Below, piece after piece: positions 9,287-19,416 of a DNA stretch of 54,706 nucleotides. The notes below the pieces were generated by a model. The model was not told where the DNA came from. It saw only the letters and a program-made list of their open reading frames with translations, and ran no database searches. Every line of letters begins with the position of its first letter. Within the stretch, counting starts at the first letter, position 1. The position numbers and the translations under genes are program-made. Origin of the DNA: a virus (Duplodnaviria; Caudoviricetes); IMG/VR virus record IMGVR_UViG_3300011269_000005, positions 1 to 54,706 of that record; one strand, given 5' to 3'.

Positions 9287-10365
9287 CGCATCTCCATCAG
9301 CGCGGTCGGCCATGCTCGCTTAGACTCCTCATCGAAGCGCTGTAGACCGTGGTAATTGTGATTGTGCAGGTGATCTTCCTGTCGCCGGCCCGACCAGGCA
9401 ATATTCATCTTGCTGATGATATCGACTGTGCTGGTGGGATCGGCCTGAAACATTCTGGCCACCCATGAGACTTCAGGCGATACAACGACGGGCACATTTG
9501 CAATCACGAAATCGGCGCTAACGATGTTGAAAGTCTCGCTGAAGGAGACCTGCATTCCAAGGTCCATCAGCCGGACTAAGGACATGAATTCGCTACGGTC
9601 CAGCCAGGGATGACCGACGAGCGTGTGCGGCGGTTTTACGTTCGCGAATAATGCGCGCAGATTCTTCAGTACCTGGGCTCCGTTCATCTCGATTCGATCC
9701 GAATTGATGTGGAATCGGATCGTGAAGCCCCGTGCGTTCGCCCAATCGATTGCGGCACAGGCCTGAGTGAGTTGGTTCTTCATAGGCCGGATCGCCCCGA
9801 AGCATCCAATGTCCACTACATCATCCGCCGGCAATCCCTTACGCGGTTCCAGCGGCGCGAGCGGGTAATAGTTCGGCGTGTAGGGGATATGAACACCAAA
9901 GATCCGTCGAAAATCGGTTTGTGCCCGCAAGGAATTAGCCGATACCGTGACATGGGCCAATTTCGAGTACGCGAATAGCCATTCCATCGCATTTCCCTCG
10001 TTCGCAAGGAAGGGCAATTCACTGTGCATGCGGACATTCCATCGGATATCAGGGTGCAATCGAGTCAGTAGGGCTAGCTTGGCCGGTCGGACCCATAGGG
10101 CCTCCAAGATAGCGTGTGTCGGTCTGGATGCCGTAACGGCGCGGTCTATCTCGTTGTCATCCTGTATACGCTCGAATGCCGCCTCGATGCCGAGGCTCTG
10201 GAGCATATCGGTAACGTAGTTGACCGAATTTCGCAGCCCGGTCCAATTGGTATTAGGCCAGCCTCGCGGCTGCGGGTGTGGTGGATGCGGAGGATGAGGG
10301 TGGTGGTGCGGGTCGTAGTAATCGCCACGTTTCTTGAGCAGAAACAGAACCTTAACAGGCTTCAA
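9283..10365 (-). CDS. GT-B (GT4-like) glycosyltransferase
   Basis: IGCFGAIRPMKNQL, DLGMQVSFSETFNIVSADF...VPVVVS (E-x7 motif region). Confidence 0.8.
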   Translation of the reverse strand: MKPVKVLFLLKKRGDYYDPHHHPHPPHPPHPQPRGWPNTNWTGLRNSVNYVTDMLQSLGIEAAFERIQDDNEIDRAVTASRPTHAILEALWVRPAKLALLTRLHPDIRWNVRMHSELPFLANEGNAMEWLFAYSKLAHVTVSANSLRAQTDFRRIFGVHIPYTPNYYPLAPLEPRKGLPADDVVDIGCFGAIRPMKNQLTQACAAIDWANARGFTIRFHINSDRIEMNGAQVLKNLRALFANVKPPHTLVGHPWLDRSEFMSLVRLMDLGMQVSFSETFNIVSADFVIANVPVVVSPEVSWVARMFQADPTSTVDIISKMNIAWSGRRQEDHLHNHNYHGLQRFDEESKRAWPTALMEMR

Positions 10366-10371
10366 CGGATT

Positions 10372-11292
10372 CTATGCTCCCTGCGCTCCGATGCGAATCA
10401 GCCGATCCCATTCCTGTCGTTCCGGGCCGCCTGGATTCGCGATGACCTTGCCGGACCATTCCTTATCGAGTTTGAGCATATCCAAACGGGCGCGCGCCGC
10501 CGCCGGGCTCATATCGAAACCGTTGCGCCCACCGTCCACGAATTTGTCCTCGACGCCGGCTTTTTCGCCGATCATCGCGAACAGTTTCATGAAGGCAGAG
10601 GTGCCGATAGCGTCTTCGACCTTGCCGAGAATTTCGCTGGCTTTCTCACCCGCAATCTTTTCGCCGACCAGGGGAACAACGAATTCGCGCACGGCGCGGC
10701 GCGCTAGCTCCTGTTTCTGATTGAAGACCTCGCCCGGCCATTCTTTGTGCAGGGTCTCCATGTCGAGCTGTTCCTGCTGTTCTTGCGCGCGGTCTTGCGC
10801 AGCCACGGCTTCATTCATATAGCTATTCCAGCCGTTGGCGATCACGTCGACTTGGCGCTGGTTGAGGCCGGCTATGTGGAGAAGCGGTGCCATCTTGCCC
10901 GCGAATTCTTCGCCGCCTTCGACTGTGGGGAGCTTGTAATCAGCCGCCGTCTTCGGTCGGCCGAGACGATCATATACAGCGGCAATCTCTTCGGGCTTGG
11001 CAACGCCGAAATCTTTGGGCACCCGGAGCAGGTCCTCCTTGGGTACACCAATGAGCTTCTGCGCCTCCCGAGCGTCACGCGCGGCGGCCTCGGGATCCTT
11101 CCAATGATTCAGCTCGGCATAGCCCTTAAGGTCCTTATCCGTAAACGTCGAGTACCAAGGCTCAGTGCCAGAGCTTGGTGCCGGCTGCTGCGTCGAGGAT
11201 GCTGCCGATGGTTGAGAAGCCTGCGACGGTGCTGGCGCTCCCGCTGCAGGATCCGTTATCGCTGCCGTGCCAGATGTTGGCGCTCCTGCCAT
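10372..11292 (-). CDS. Capsid scaffolding protein
   Basis: Low-complexity N-terminus, YDRLGRPKTAADYKLP, helical core, position between portal and major capsid genes. Confidence 0.8.
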   Translation of the reverse strand: MAGAPTSGTAAITDPAAGAPAPSQASQPSAASSTQQPAPSSGTEPWYSTFTDKDLKGYAELNHWKDPEAAARDAREAQKLIGVPKEDLLRVPKDFGVAKPEEIAAVYDRLGRPKTAADYKLPTVEGGEEFAGKMAPLLHIAGLNQRQVDVIANGWNSYMNEAVAAQDRAQEQQEQLDMETLHKEWPGEVFNQKQELARRAVREFVVPLVGEKIAGEKASEILGKVEDAIGTSAFMKLFAMIGEKAGVEDKFVDGGRNGFDMSPAAARARLDMLKLDKEWSGKVIANPGGPERQEWDRLIRIGAQGA

Positions 11293-11382
11293 TGTCTTTC
11301 TCCCATATTTTGCCGTCGCGAAATAGAATTAGCCAGCCCCATGTTTCGGGCCAAACGGCTTGTATGCCAAAGTCAACGAATC

Positions 11383-11796
11383 TCATTGAGTCGGGCCACC
11401 ACCGGCGGGCGTGTTGTATGCGGCCTTACCTGGATGAGTGCTCATAAAATGCGGGTCGCGGGCGTTCAGTAGGAATTGCTTATAGGCGTTGACTAAAGCT
11501 TCGTTGGCTACCCCGCCGGTCTTCAGCGCGAGGGCCTTGACCGTTGCGATATCGCTCGGAGCCCATGCGTCGCCTTCCGAGGTGCCGCCGCGTCCCTGAA
11601 GAATAGATTTCATATCGGCAAGCTGAGTCGGCAGTCCGATATCGACCCAAGGTTTCGCGGTCGCCGGATTGATATAATTCTGATCGCCTTTGGGATCTTT
11701 GATGAGCCATTGATCGCGTTTACTTTGATCCACCACCTTGAAATCAAAGCGCGGATCGTCCGTGTAGGGGAACGAGAGATTCGAGGATTGCGGCAT
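11383..11796 (-). CDS. Hypothetical protein
   Basis: 137 aa ORF in the same-strand chain. Confidence 0.6.
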   Translation of the reverse strand: MPQSSNLSFPYTDDPRFDFKVVDQSKRDQWLIKDPKGDQNYINPATAKPWVDIGLPTQLADMKSILQGRGGTSEGDAWAPSDIATVKALALKTGGVANEALVNAYKQFLLNARDPHFMSTHPGKAAYNTPAGGGPTQ

Positions 11797-11801
11797 GTTT
11801 G

Positions 11802-12149
11802 TTATGCGTCGAGCGGTTGTTGCATCCGCGATCTTAAATCCCGTTGGAATACGCGATCCGTTTCGATCAATTCGTCTTCGCTCACGTTAAGATAGAAATA
11901 GAATTGCTGCCACACTTCCTGACGTCCAGCGGCTGCCGCAGTCGCAAGCGCATCGACCTTACCCGCGCGATCAAATCGTAGAGTTGAAATATCAGCGCCA
12001 CAAAAAGCCCGCAAGTGACCAAGGACAAGAGCAGCATCCATACTTGGGCGTCCAGTGTCATCAAGTAGCAACCTCCGAAAAGCAATGCTCAATCCACGGT
12101 CGCGACGGACAACGCCTAGCCGATTCCAGAGATGCTCGATGATATTCAT
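11802..12149 (-). CDS. Bbp19-like small head-module protein
   Basis: AALVLGHLRAFC...D.LATA...GRQEVW motif, upstream of the scaffold gene. Confidence 0.7.
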   Translation of the reverse strand: MNIIEHLWNRLGVVRRDRGLSIAFRRLLLDDTGRPSMDAALVLGHLRAFCGADISTLRFDRAGKVDALATAAAAGRQEVWQQFYFYLNVSEDELIETDRVFQRDLRSRMQQPLDA

Positions 12150-12355
12150 CCCTTACTGTTCTGAGTGAGACACTTCTGAATCTCTCCCGCTACTCCCGGT
12201 GTTAGGCTAAGCTCGCCCTTAAGAATGCGCTCAATATGACGATTCGCTACGCCTAGATTCGTCCATTGGGTCGCACCGGCTTCATCACCTGCGGCCTCGG
12301 CCTTAAGTTGGATGGCGTTGCGTTCAGCGATGTAGTCGTCTATGGTTTTTCTCAT
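12146..12355 (-). CDS. Hypothetical protein
   Basis: Coupled ORF. Confidence 0.55.
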   Translation of the reverse strand: MRKTIDDYIAERNAIQLKAEAAGDEAGATQWTNLGVANRHIERILKGELSLTPGVAGEIQKCLTQNSKG

Positions 12356-12533
12356 CTGAGCCAGCCGAGCCCAATTGCGACTATCTGGACTACCAAGATG
12401 ACGAGGAGGGCTGTAAGGCAGATGTCGTAGAGCACGTACTTAATCGTTCGCACGCCTAATGATGTAAGCCCTTCGCACCCAGCGTTTCATACTTTCGTTA
12501 GCCCGCGCTTTCTGTTCGGGACTCGCATCGCTG

Positions 12534-12725
12534 TTAGCCATGATGAAGACCTTTGAGAAAGCGGGCGAAGACGGCGCGCTTCTTTGTCGTCGGATTGCTT
12601 GAATGCGCAGCCGCGGTTAGTTTCGCCGCTGGTATCTTCTGTCCTTCCGGCACGCCCAGGGATCGGTGGAGCGCCCCCTTGCTCCCAGGTTTGGATAGCG
12701 CTTCTTGGATAAAATGCTTTGCCAT
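12534..12725 (-). CDS. Conserved small basic phage protein
   Basis: FIQEA..KPG..GALHRSLGVPEGQKIPAAKL motif. Confidence 0.7.
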   Translation of the reverse strand: MAKHFIQEALSKPGSKGALHRSLGVPEGQKIPAAKLTAAAHSSNPTTKKRAVFARFLKGLHHG

Positions 12726-12741
12726 GCTAATATGTCATCCT

Positions 12742-13290
12742 ATGGAATGTGGATGTGGGTGCGGTCAACAGCCACTCTATCCCGGCGCTCGCTTCGTTCA
12801 TGGCCATCACCTGAGGCTTCCGCAGTATCAGCGCAAGCCGCTCGTACGCGAAGCGAAGAGCTGCGAGCAGTGCGGTCGCGCCTATATGCCCAAAAAGCGC
12901 AGTTCCTATCGACAAGCCAGATTCTGCTCGCGGCCCTGTGCCAAGGAATCGCAGATAATTCGCGCGAAGAATTGCCTGAACTGTGGAAAGCGTTTTCTGG
13001 ATAATAACGGACACAGCCTGAATTGTTCGCGCGAGTGCCGCGCGGAATGGGCGCTCAAGCAGCAGAAAGCTGGAAACTACCGGCACAACGCGTGGAGGGT
13101 TTTCGAACGCCGGTGTGCCGACTGCGGATTCGATCGTGTGCCAGAGATTGTCTTGATCCACCATATCGATGAGGATCGACAAAATGGCGCGATCTCCAAC
13201 CTCATTCCGGTTTGCCCAACTTGTCACGCAATCCGCCATTTTAATTCCAGCGGTAGCGCTAAGCTCCCATCCTATCGGTATGTTGGATGA
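12742..13290 (+). CDS. HNH endonuclease with Zn fingers, on the opposite strand to its neighbours
   Basis: CGCGCG, FCSRPC, CSREC, HHIDEDRQN...NLIPVCPTCH. Confidence 0.85.
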   Translation: MECGCGCGQQPLYPGARFVHGHHLRLPQYQRKPLVREAKSCEQCGRAYMPKKRSSYRQARFCSRPCAKESQIIRAKNCLNCGKRFLDNNGHSLNCSRECRAEWALKQQKAGNYRHNAWRVFERRCADCGFDRVPEIVLIHHIDEDRQNGAISNLIPVCPTCHAIRHFNSSGSAKLPSYRYVG

Positions 13291-13302
13291 ACTTCTCAGC
13301 CA

Positions 13303-15772
13303 TTAGCTTAGTTTATCCAGCCAGTCGGCTATCTGTTCGCGCGTCCAACGATGTGCATCATTGAGATGAGGCAGAACCGTGGCAATGGAGGCATCGCGCT
13401 GGCAATCGCATGGATAGGGAAGGGACACTTTCCAATCATCCGATTCTGCATGGTATCCACCAAGCATGGCTGCCCGGCCTACGCAGGCGGATCCGCCGCC
13501 GTAACTGTAGGTGTTGAAAGCTTGGGCTGGCGCTAACTCACAGCCGCGCCGTATCGCACTCGCTAGCCGTTGATATAGTGAGGTATCCGACTTGAGGATG
13601 ATCCATTCTTTGTCAGCTAGGAACATTCGACGCCTCCCTCAGTTTAGATGCTGCTTCGTTAGCTTGGGCCTCGCCTATACACACCGGGCATTCCAGCAGC
13701 CGCTTACCCGCGAGCATATGCGTCGTGTGCAATTGAAGTTCGAGCAGTCGGATAATGTTCGCGGCAAAGTCTCGCAGAGTCTTGTCGTAACCGTCCTGCC
13801 GTGCCTTCAGTGCGGCGACTTCAAGATTGGGCGGTGGTACATGCTGATGATGATTGCTCATTTCGGATCGCCCTCCCCCATCTCCATGCAGGCCATCTGA
13901 GCGACGCGGGCTTCAAGTTCCTTGATGCGAGCCTCGACCGGACGCCAGCCGGGACGCAAGTCGTCAAGCTCCTCGGCGTAGAAACCCTCATTCAAGATTC
14001 GATAATACTGATACTCTTCTGGACGATGGGCCTTTGCGTACGCGAGCCATGCCTCATCCCAGACCGCGCGGTCCACAGTTGCCCCAGGGGCACCACATAT
14101 AGGCACCCGCAACTTGGATCGCTCGATAACGGTAGCGCGCCAAGCCAATTCAGCGGCCTTACGTTTCGCTTGTTCAGATTCCCGTTGCTCTTGCGCCGCG
14201 CTCATTTCGTCCGGCCCTTGCGTTTTACCTTCAGGAACTTCGCCATTAGCTTCTTATCGTCGGCGTCATTGTCCGCATTCTTGAGACGGCTCATCAGGCT
14301 GCCCCGGTCATCCGCATCGGGCTCGGCATGAATCAGCTTTGCGCCCTTAGCCATTATTCAGCTTGTCCGCCTCCGTCCAGGCGCGCTTCCCGATCAATTC
14401 CATGAAATGCTTATTGCAGCAGAAGCGCACCTTGGTCTTCTCATCCTTGACATAGATGACCCGCCAAGACGGGGCAACCAGGCATCCGTATTTCTCGCAA
14501 TGTGCCGGATTAGCCATTCTTGTGCCCGCGGTTATATACGCTGGATTCCCCCATGGCCTTTGCGAATTTGGGATTGGAATTCACGGAACCGTAGAACACG
14601 TTCTTGCCTTTGGAGACCCCATACCGTTTCAGGAATTTACTCATTACCGTCTTGCCCGCAGCCGTCTGAGGCATCTCAGTTCCCTCCGATGATCGTCGGC
14701 ATGTCCAACCGCTTAATCGATGTCACCACTCCCGACTTATGGGATAGCATCGCGTCCTTGCGCTTGCGCAGCCAGCCATTGAAAACTGAGGTAAACGCGA
14801 AGGCGGTCTTTGCCGGCAGCTCGCCATCCTGCTCGATGCGTACCATCGTGTCGAGTATCACCGACGTGTAACAGTCTCGGCAGAGCGAGAAGCGCCGGTC
14901 AGGATGGTAGTAGTCCGCCTCGACCCGCGCCATCTTGTCGCAGCCCTTAATCGCGCATTGCGCCTGAACGATCATGAGATCTTCCGTACCGATTTCACTG
15001 CGCTCATCGGTATCTCATGGTAATGGTTCACGTTTCCACTGCTCCCATCGAGGGAACCGCCAATCGCGATCTTCGTCTTACTCCTCTTGAGCAGATAGCC
15101 AACCGAACGCATCACTGGCGCTTCTGCAAACATTTCGGCAACTTCATTTGCGGTACGCCAGCCACGGGCTGACATCGAATCCAGCCATTCGATTTCGACG
15201 ATCCGCTCTTTTCTTCTGCCCATTAGCACTTACACTGATCGGTGAGGTGCTTGCTCGCGTGTATCAGCATATCCGCGGCAGAGACCTTGCCCAGATTCGT
15301 CGACATCGAAAACTGCCCCGTCACGTCTGTGATGATCACTATAATGCCGTGCTGCGGATATTCATCCTTCACGGCTTCCATCGCGCTTTGGGAGGCTTGG
15401 GCTATTTCGGTAGGGTCCATTATTCGTCTTTTAGATCCTCGATAAATCCTATGCGCAATTCTATCCCCGCGTTCGGCACCCTAGACAATGGACTTCTTAT
15501 TAACCACGGCAACCCGGATTGAAGACGAATCGGACCGCAGAATTCCTCCGTCAACTTCATGACTGCTTCCTGATATTCGGGCCAGGTCATTGCTCTACCT
15601 TAAGACCGATCGCTCTTATCCGCACCTCTATACAATACTCGCGGCCTGCATGCTCGAATTTGCCGATTCCGATGCGTTCATTATCGTCGGCCGGGTCTTG
15701 CGCTGTTTCGAGTTGGATCCGCATCGATGCTAATAATGCGTCATCTAAGAGGCTCGCCCACTCTACGACCAT
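13303..15772 (-). other. Cluster of about 11 short coupled hypothetical genes between portal and scaffold (e.g. 13303-13626, 13613-13861, 13858-14205, 14676-14975, 14972-15229, 15223-15420, 15587-15772)
   Basis: Overlapping start/stop junctions and familiar phage motifs such as LND..RWTREQIADWL and VEIEWLDS...SVGYL. Confidence 0.65.
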
Positions 15773-17532
15773 TATTCTCCGACTCCAGGTTGCGGTTGCG
15801 GCGAATTCAGCACCGTCGAATGCGCTTGGGCCAGGTCCTTAGCTGCTGCCGCTGCCTGCGGTGCTGCCTGCACCATCATCTGCGCGTTCTGCGCCTGCTG
15901 CTTGTTCGCCTGCAATTCCGCCATCTGCTCGGGCGAATAAAGTAGCTTGGCCGGTACGCCATTAATCTCGGCAAGTTCACGGGCGGTCTTCTCCGGGTCG
16001 AAGATGTCGAAGACTTCAGGATGACCGGCTTCGGCGTAGGGCGCTAGCTGCTGAAAGGTCTGGAGTATCCCCACACCATCTTGAGCGCGCTGGAGACGGT
16101 TCAGCGGGGACGAATACTCAATCTTGATGATCCCACCGCGCTGGCGAAGCTTGTCGGGCATTGGTCCTAGCGAGTCGAGTTGTCCAGCGTGCGCCAAGAC
16201 ATCAAGCTCTCGATTGATGCAGTTGCCTAGAAATTCAGATTGCTGACGACCCATCCCGGGAGTGAGGAGGATGCCCCGCTCTTGAGCCAAGAGCAGGGCT
16301 TGCGTAGCAGTCATGTCGGGGTGCTCGAGCAGCATCTCGAACATATTCCCGTAGAACGCCGCCTTGATACTCTTGCGCCGCACCTCCATCTTCTCTTCGG
16401 CAATGTCTACCTTCGCGCCGGAGACGAAGGGATAGGCGAGTTGCTTGCCATCGTCGCTAACCATTCCGTAGTTAAGTGCCCCGGGTCGCAAGGAGAATGC
16501 TTGACCGACCTCTGGGAGAAGTACAGGAGGATTGGCAAGAAGCTGCGCAGCGTTGATGTCGGTCCTAGACATCTCATTGAGCATCTTGATGTCAGAGAGA
16601 GAAACAAATGCTGGCCCTCTCCCGTATACTTCACGCGGTCCCACCATAAATCTGCTTGTTGCATAAGGCATCACCCGATATCCCGATTCGCAGACCAGCT
16701 TGATCGGGTTCATGCAGAGGTAGAAAGACTCGTAGGCCATACCCTGTACGTCGGTCCGACCGAACGCGGGATTCTTGCGCGGCCGGACCACATGCAGCCA
16801 TTCGAAGTCGCGATGCATCTGGGAGGGGTTGGCGAGTGCCGCCTGGACACCATCCGGCAACGCTTTCACCCCCCACATGTCGGCCGCCTGAGTTGCCGAG
16901 AATGGAAACTTACGAAACACCCGATCTATAATCCCGACGTGGTTCTCGGCGAAGTAGAGGTCCTGCAGGGGGATAGCGCGATAGCGGAGGTTCTCGCCCA
17001 TCGCCTCGTCGATGAACATCGAGCCAGTGCCGAACGCGGTCAGCCCGAGCATATTCTCGTGTGCTTGGCTGGCAAAGTTTGCCTTTGGCGAATAGCGCGC
17101 GGCGAATAGGATGTCGTTTAAATCCTCGAGATAGGTGCGAACCTCGCGGTCATCCTTTAGGTCTGGATCGACTGGCGCTAGCATATGCCAACGCTGGGTG
17201 CGCGGAAACAACATCGACTCGAATAGGGCAGCGCAGTTCTCGAGGGCCTGCGGTGCAGTCGATTCGAAGATGTATTCCGTCCTACGTTCGGCCTGGGGAA
17301 CGCCAAGGACGCTGCGCTGAAAGACGTTCTGATGCGGCAACACTCGGCGGGCGATGTCGGCCCAATAAGGTTCCCAGTTGTAGCGGATGCCTTGAAGAGC
17401 CTGGAATTCGCGGATTAGTTCTTGCGCTGTAGCATCGCTGGTGGAGTTGACCTTGCCTAGCTCCCAGTCTTGAACCGGCGCGCGCCAGAAACGCGGGTCT
17501 TTGCGAGGTCGGGTACTGAATGCTGCGGCCAT
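15772..17532 (-). CDS. Portal protein (head-tail connector, T7 gp8/Bbp21-like)
   Basis: FGTGSMFIDE, IDRVFRKF, YGRGPA, MTATQA, IEYSSPLNRLQRA. Confidence 0.93.
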   Translation of the reverse strand: MAAAFSTRPRKDPRFWRAPVQDWELGKVNSTSDATAQELIREFQALQGIRYNWEPYWADIARRVLPHQNVFQRSVLGVPQAERRTEYIFESTAPQALENCAALFESMLFPRTQRWHMLAPVDPDLKDDREVRTYLEDLNDILFAARYSPKANFASQAHENMLGLTAFGTGSMFIDEAMGENLRYRAIPLQDLYFAENHVGIIDRVFRKFPFSATQAADMWGVKALPDGVQAALANPSQMHRDFEWLHVVRPRKNPAFGRTDVQGMAYESFYLCMNPIKLVCESGYRVMPYATSRFMVGPREVYGRGPAFVSLSDIKMLNEMSRTDINAAQLLANPPVLLPEVGQAFSLRPGALNYGMVSDDGKQLAYPFVSGAKVDIAEEKMEVRRKSIKAAFYGNMFEMLLEHPDMTATQALLLAQERGILLTPGMGRQQSEFLGNCINRELDVLAHAGQLDSLGPMPDKLRQRGGIIKIEYSSPLNRLQRAQDGVGILQTFQQLAPYAEAGHPEVFDIFDPEKTARELAEINGVPAKLLYSPEQMAELQANKQQAQNAQMMVQAAPQAAAAAKDLAQAHSTVLNSPQPQPGVGE

Positions 17533-17662
17533 GCTTTATCGACTCGCGAGAAACCACGAAGCAACCGCTGATATACAATCAGCGGGGCTCCAGCGATTAG
17601 ACCAATGGACAAGCGGGTGATTTAATGAAGAACCCAGCATTTGTCCGTGTGTTTGTCCGTCT

Positions 17663-17878
17663 TTATTGATTTGCGCCACTGCCAGAGCTACCTAGGACAG
17701 ACTTCGTGCCAAGGTTCGTCTGAGGCACGTTGCCTGGCTGCGTCAGCACGGTAGCCGCATAACCACGTCGGCGGCGAATCAAGTTAGCAGCGTCCGCCTG
17801 TTGCGCGGCGGTATCGATGGTCGGAGGTGGCGGCGGCGGAGGGGGCGGAGCTGGCGGTTTAGGTGCTGATGGGAACAT
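17663..17878 (-). CDS. Small Pro-rich virion-associated protein upstream of the portal
   Basis: PKPPAPPPPPP...RRRRGYAATVLT...KSVLG pattern typical of this position in podoviruses. Confidence 0.7.
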   Translation of the reverse strand: MFPSAPKPPAPPPPPPPPPTIDTAAQQADAANLIRRRRGYAATVLTQPGNVPQTNLGTKSVLGSSGSGANQ

Positions 17879-18016
17879 CTATTCCTCCTTGCCGACGAGC
17901 TTGAATGCACTTAGGCTCACGATCTGGCGACTTCCATTATCGCAAGTATTGCTGTCATGGCGAATATGAGCGTCGCGATGATAAGGGCAGCGGTCAATAG
18001 GTGCCCATTGAACGCA

Positions 18017-18529
18017 TCATTCCTCTTTCCCGACATGGATCGTGATCGCGAATGCTTGTTGCAGGCTAGGATTCTCTGCCTGGAACATCCCAAGATGGCG
18101 GGCGAGTCCTTCGAGCGCTGCAACCTTGGGCGCTAACCTAATCTTTTTGAGCCGGCCGATATGGGTACGTTCTTCGCCGCGACCTTCATATAAGTCTTCT
18201 TCTTCAAGTCCAGCGATAGCACGCGCTGCGTCTTCGGGCATCTCGCTGATGCTCAGCATGCGACCGTCTTTGTCATACATCGATTGCGGATTTAGGAAGG
18301 CAATTCGCGAGTATTCCTTGAGTACTCGGGCTGCTGACACATCGGCTTTATCGGCGATTTGTAAGGCTTTTGTTGATAGAGCATCCTTAACGTCAACTCG
18401 CTTCAACAGCCGAGACCCGATGGAATAAGCGGTCTTTGGAGAATAGCCGGCCCGGATGGCTGCTTGTGTGGCATTATCCTCTTTCAAGTATTCGTGTACA
18501 AAGAGCGCCTGACGTGTGTTGAGGGGCAC
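18017..18529 (-). CDS. terS: Terminase small subunit
   Basis: RQALFVHEYL..NATQAAIRAGYSPKTAYSIGSRLL, ALEGLARHLGMF. Confidence 0.92.
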   Translation of the reverse strand: MPLNTRQALFVHEYLKEDNATQAAIRAGYSPKTAYSIGSRLLKRVDVKDALSTKALQIADKADVSAARVLKEYSRIAFLNPQSMYDKDGRMLSISEMPEDAARAIAGLEEEDLYEGRGEERTHIGRLKKIRLAPKVAALEGLARHLGMFQAENPSLQQAFAITIHVGKEE

Positions 18530-18604
18530 ACTGGAGACTTAACAGATTTTGTTGAGAGTTGGCAATGCCTTGACCACACATTGAGTACATGCGACAATCA
18601 CTAC

Positions 18605-18979
18605 ATGCCTACAGATAACCATCACCACAGTGTTAAGATGGCGATTCAAAGCGGTGCTCTACCGAAACTTGATGGTTCAATCGCATGCGTGGACTGCGGC
18701 GAACCAGCCAGCGAATACGACCATCGAGACGAAACCGATCAAGTGAATGTCGAGCCTGTCTGCCACAGATGCAACATGAAGCGCGGGCCAGCGGCTGTAA
18801 AAGGCAATAGACGTATGATCCGAATCAACCTCACGCAACGCCAACATCAAGAGTTTCGCGCATGTGCGGTACTGGTCGGCCGATCAATTACCGGGATTCT
18901 TACCGAGGCAGCGCTTAGATTCATCAAGGAGAATCGCCCACTTCTCACAAATGTAAATAAATCTACAACACCCCCTTGA
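18605..18979 (+). CDS. HNH-like Zn domain fused to a ribbon-helix-helix-like C-terminus
   Basis: CVDCG...YDHRD...VEPVCHRCN, then IRINLT..QHQEFR..A...GRSIT.IL. Confidence 0.65.
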   Translation: MPTDNHHHSVKMAIQSGALPKLDGSIACVDCGEPASEYDHRDETDQVNVEPVCHRCNMKRGPAAVKGNRRMIRINLTQRQHQEFRACAVLVGRSITGILTEAALRFIKENRPLLTNVNKSTTPP

Positions 18980-19009
18980 CAGACATGTCTACAATGTATT
19001 AGATTGTAG
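18976..19009 (+). promoter_or_regulatory. Sigma70-type early promoter with operator-like palindromes
   Basis: TTGACA 18976-18981 and TAGATT 19000-19005. Perfect palindrome AGACATGTCT 18981-18990. Inverted pair CTACAAT 18989-18995 / ATTGTAG 19003-19009. Confidence 0.7.
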
Positions 19010-19035
19010 TTATCATGCTGACGGGGAGAAAAGAG

Positions 19036-19389
19036 ATGACTTATCGACGCATCAAGACGATTACGAGCCACACGGGATATTCACGCTTCTTGGCGGAATG
19101 TGAAGACCTACCAGCCGACAAGGCTTTCATCCCTACGCCACGTGACATCAAATCACCTTTTGCCCATAGCCCTTCAACGATCATATCGCTTCACGAAGGC
19201 AAGCACGTTTTCGTGAAAGAGACGAGCCACAAGCGATATGAGGTCTATGAACTAGGGATGGCGAATTACGACAACCTGATGAGCGATGATGAGGCGACCG
19301 CACGATATATCGAAGCTGGGCGATTGGGCGAGAGTCTCCACACTGGCCTACCTGCAAGCTCAATCGACCGCACACACTTTGTCCGCTAA
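19036..19389 (+). CDS. Early hypothetical protein
   Basis: First gene after the promoter and repeat 1. Confidence 0.7.
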   Translation: MTYRRIKTITSHTGYSRFLAECEDLPADKAFIPTPRDIKSPFAHSPSTIISLHEGKHVFVKETSHKRYEVYELGMANYDNLMSDDEATARYIEAGRLGESLHTGLPASSIDRTHFVR

Positions 19390-19416
19390 TCAACCACGCT
19401 GACGGAGGAATGAAAA

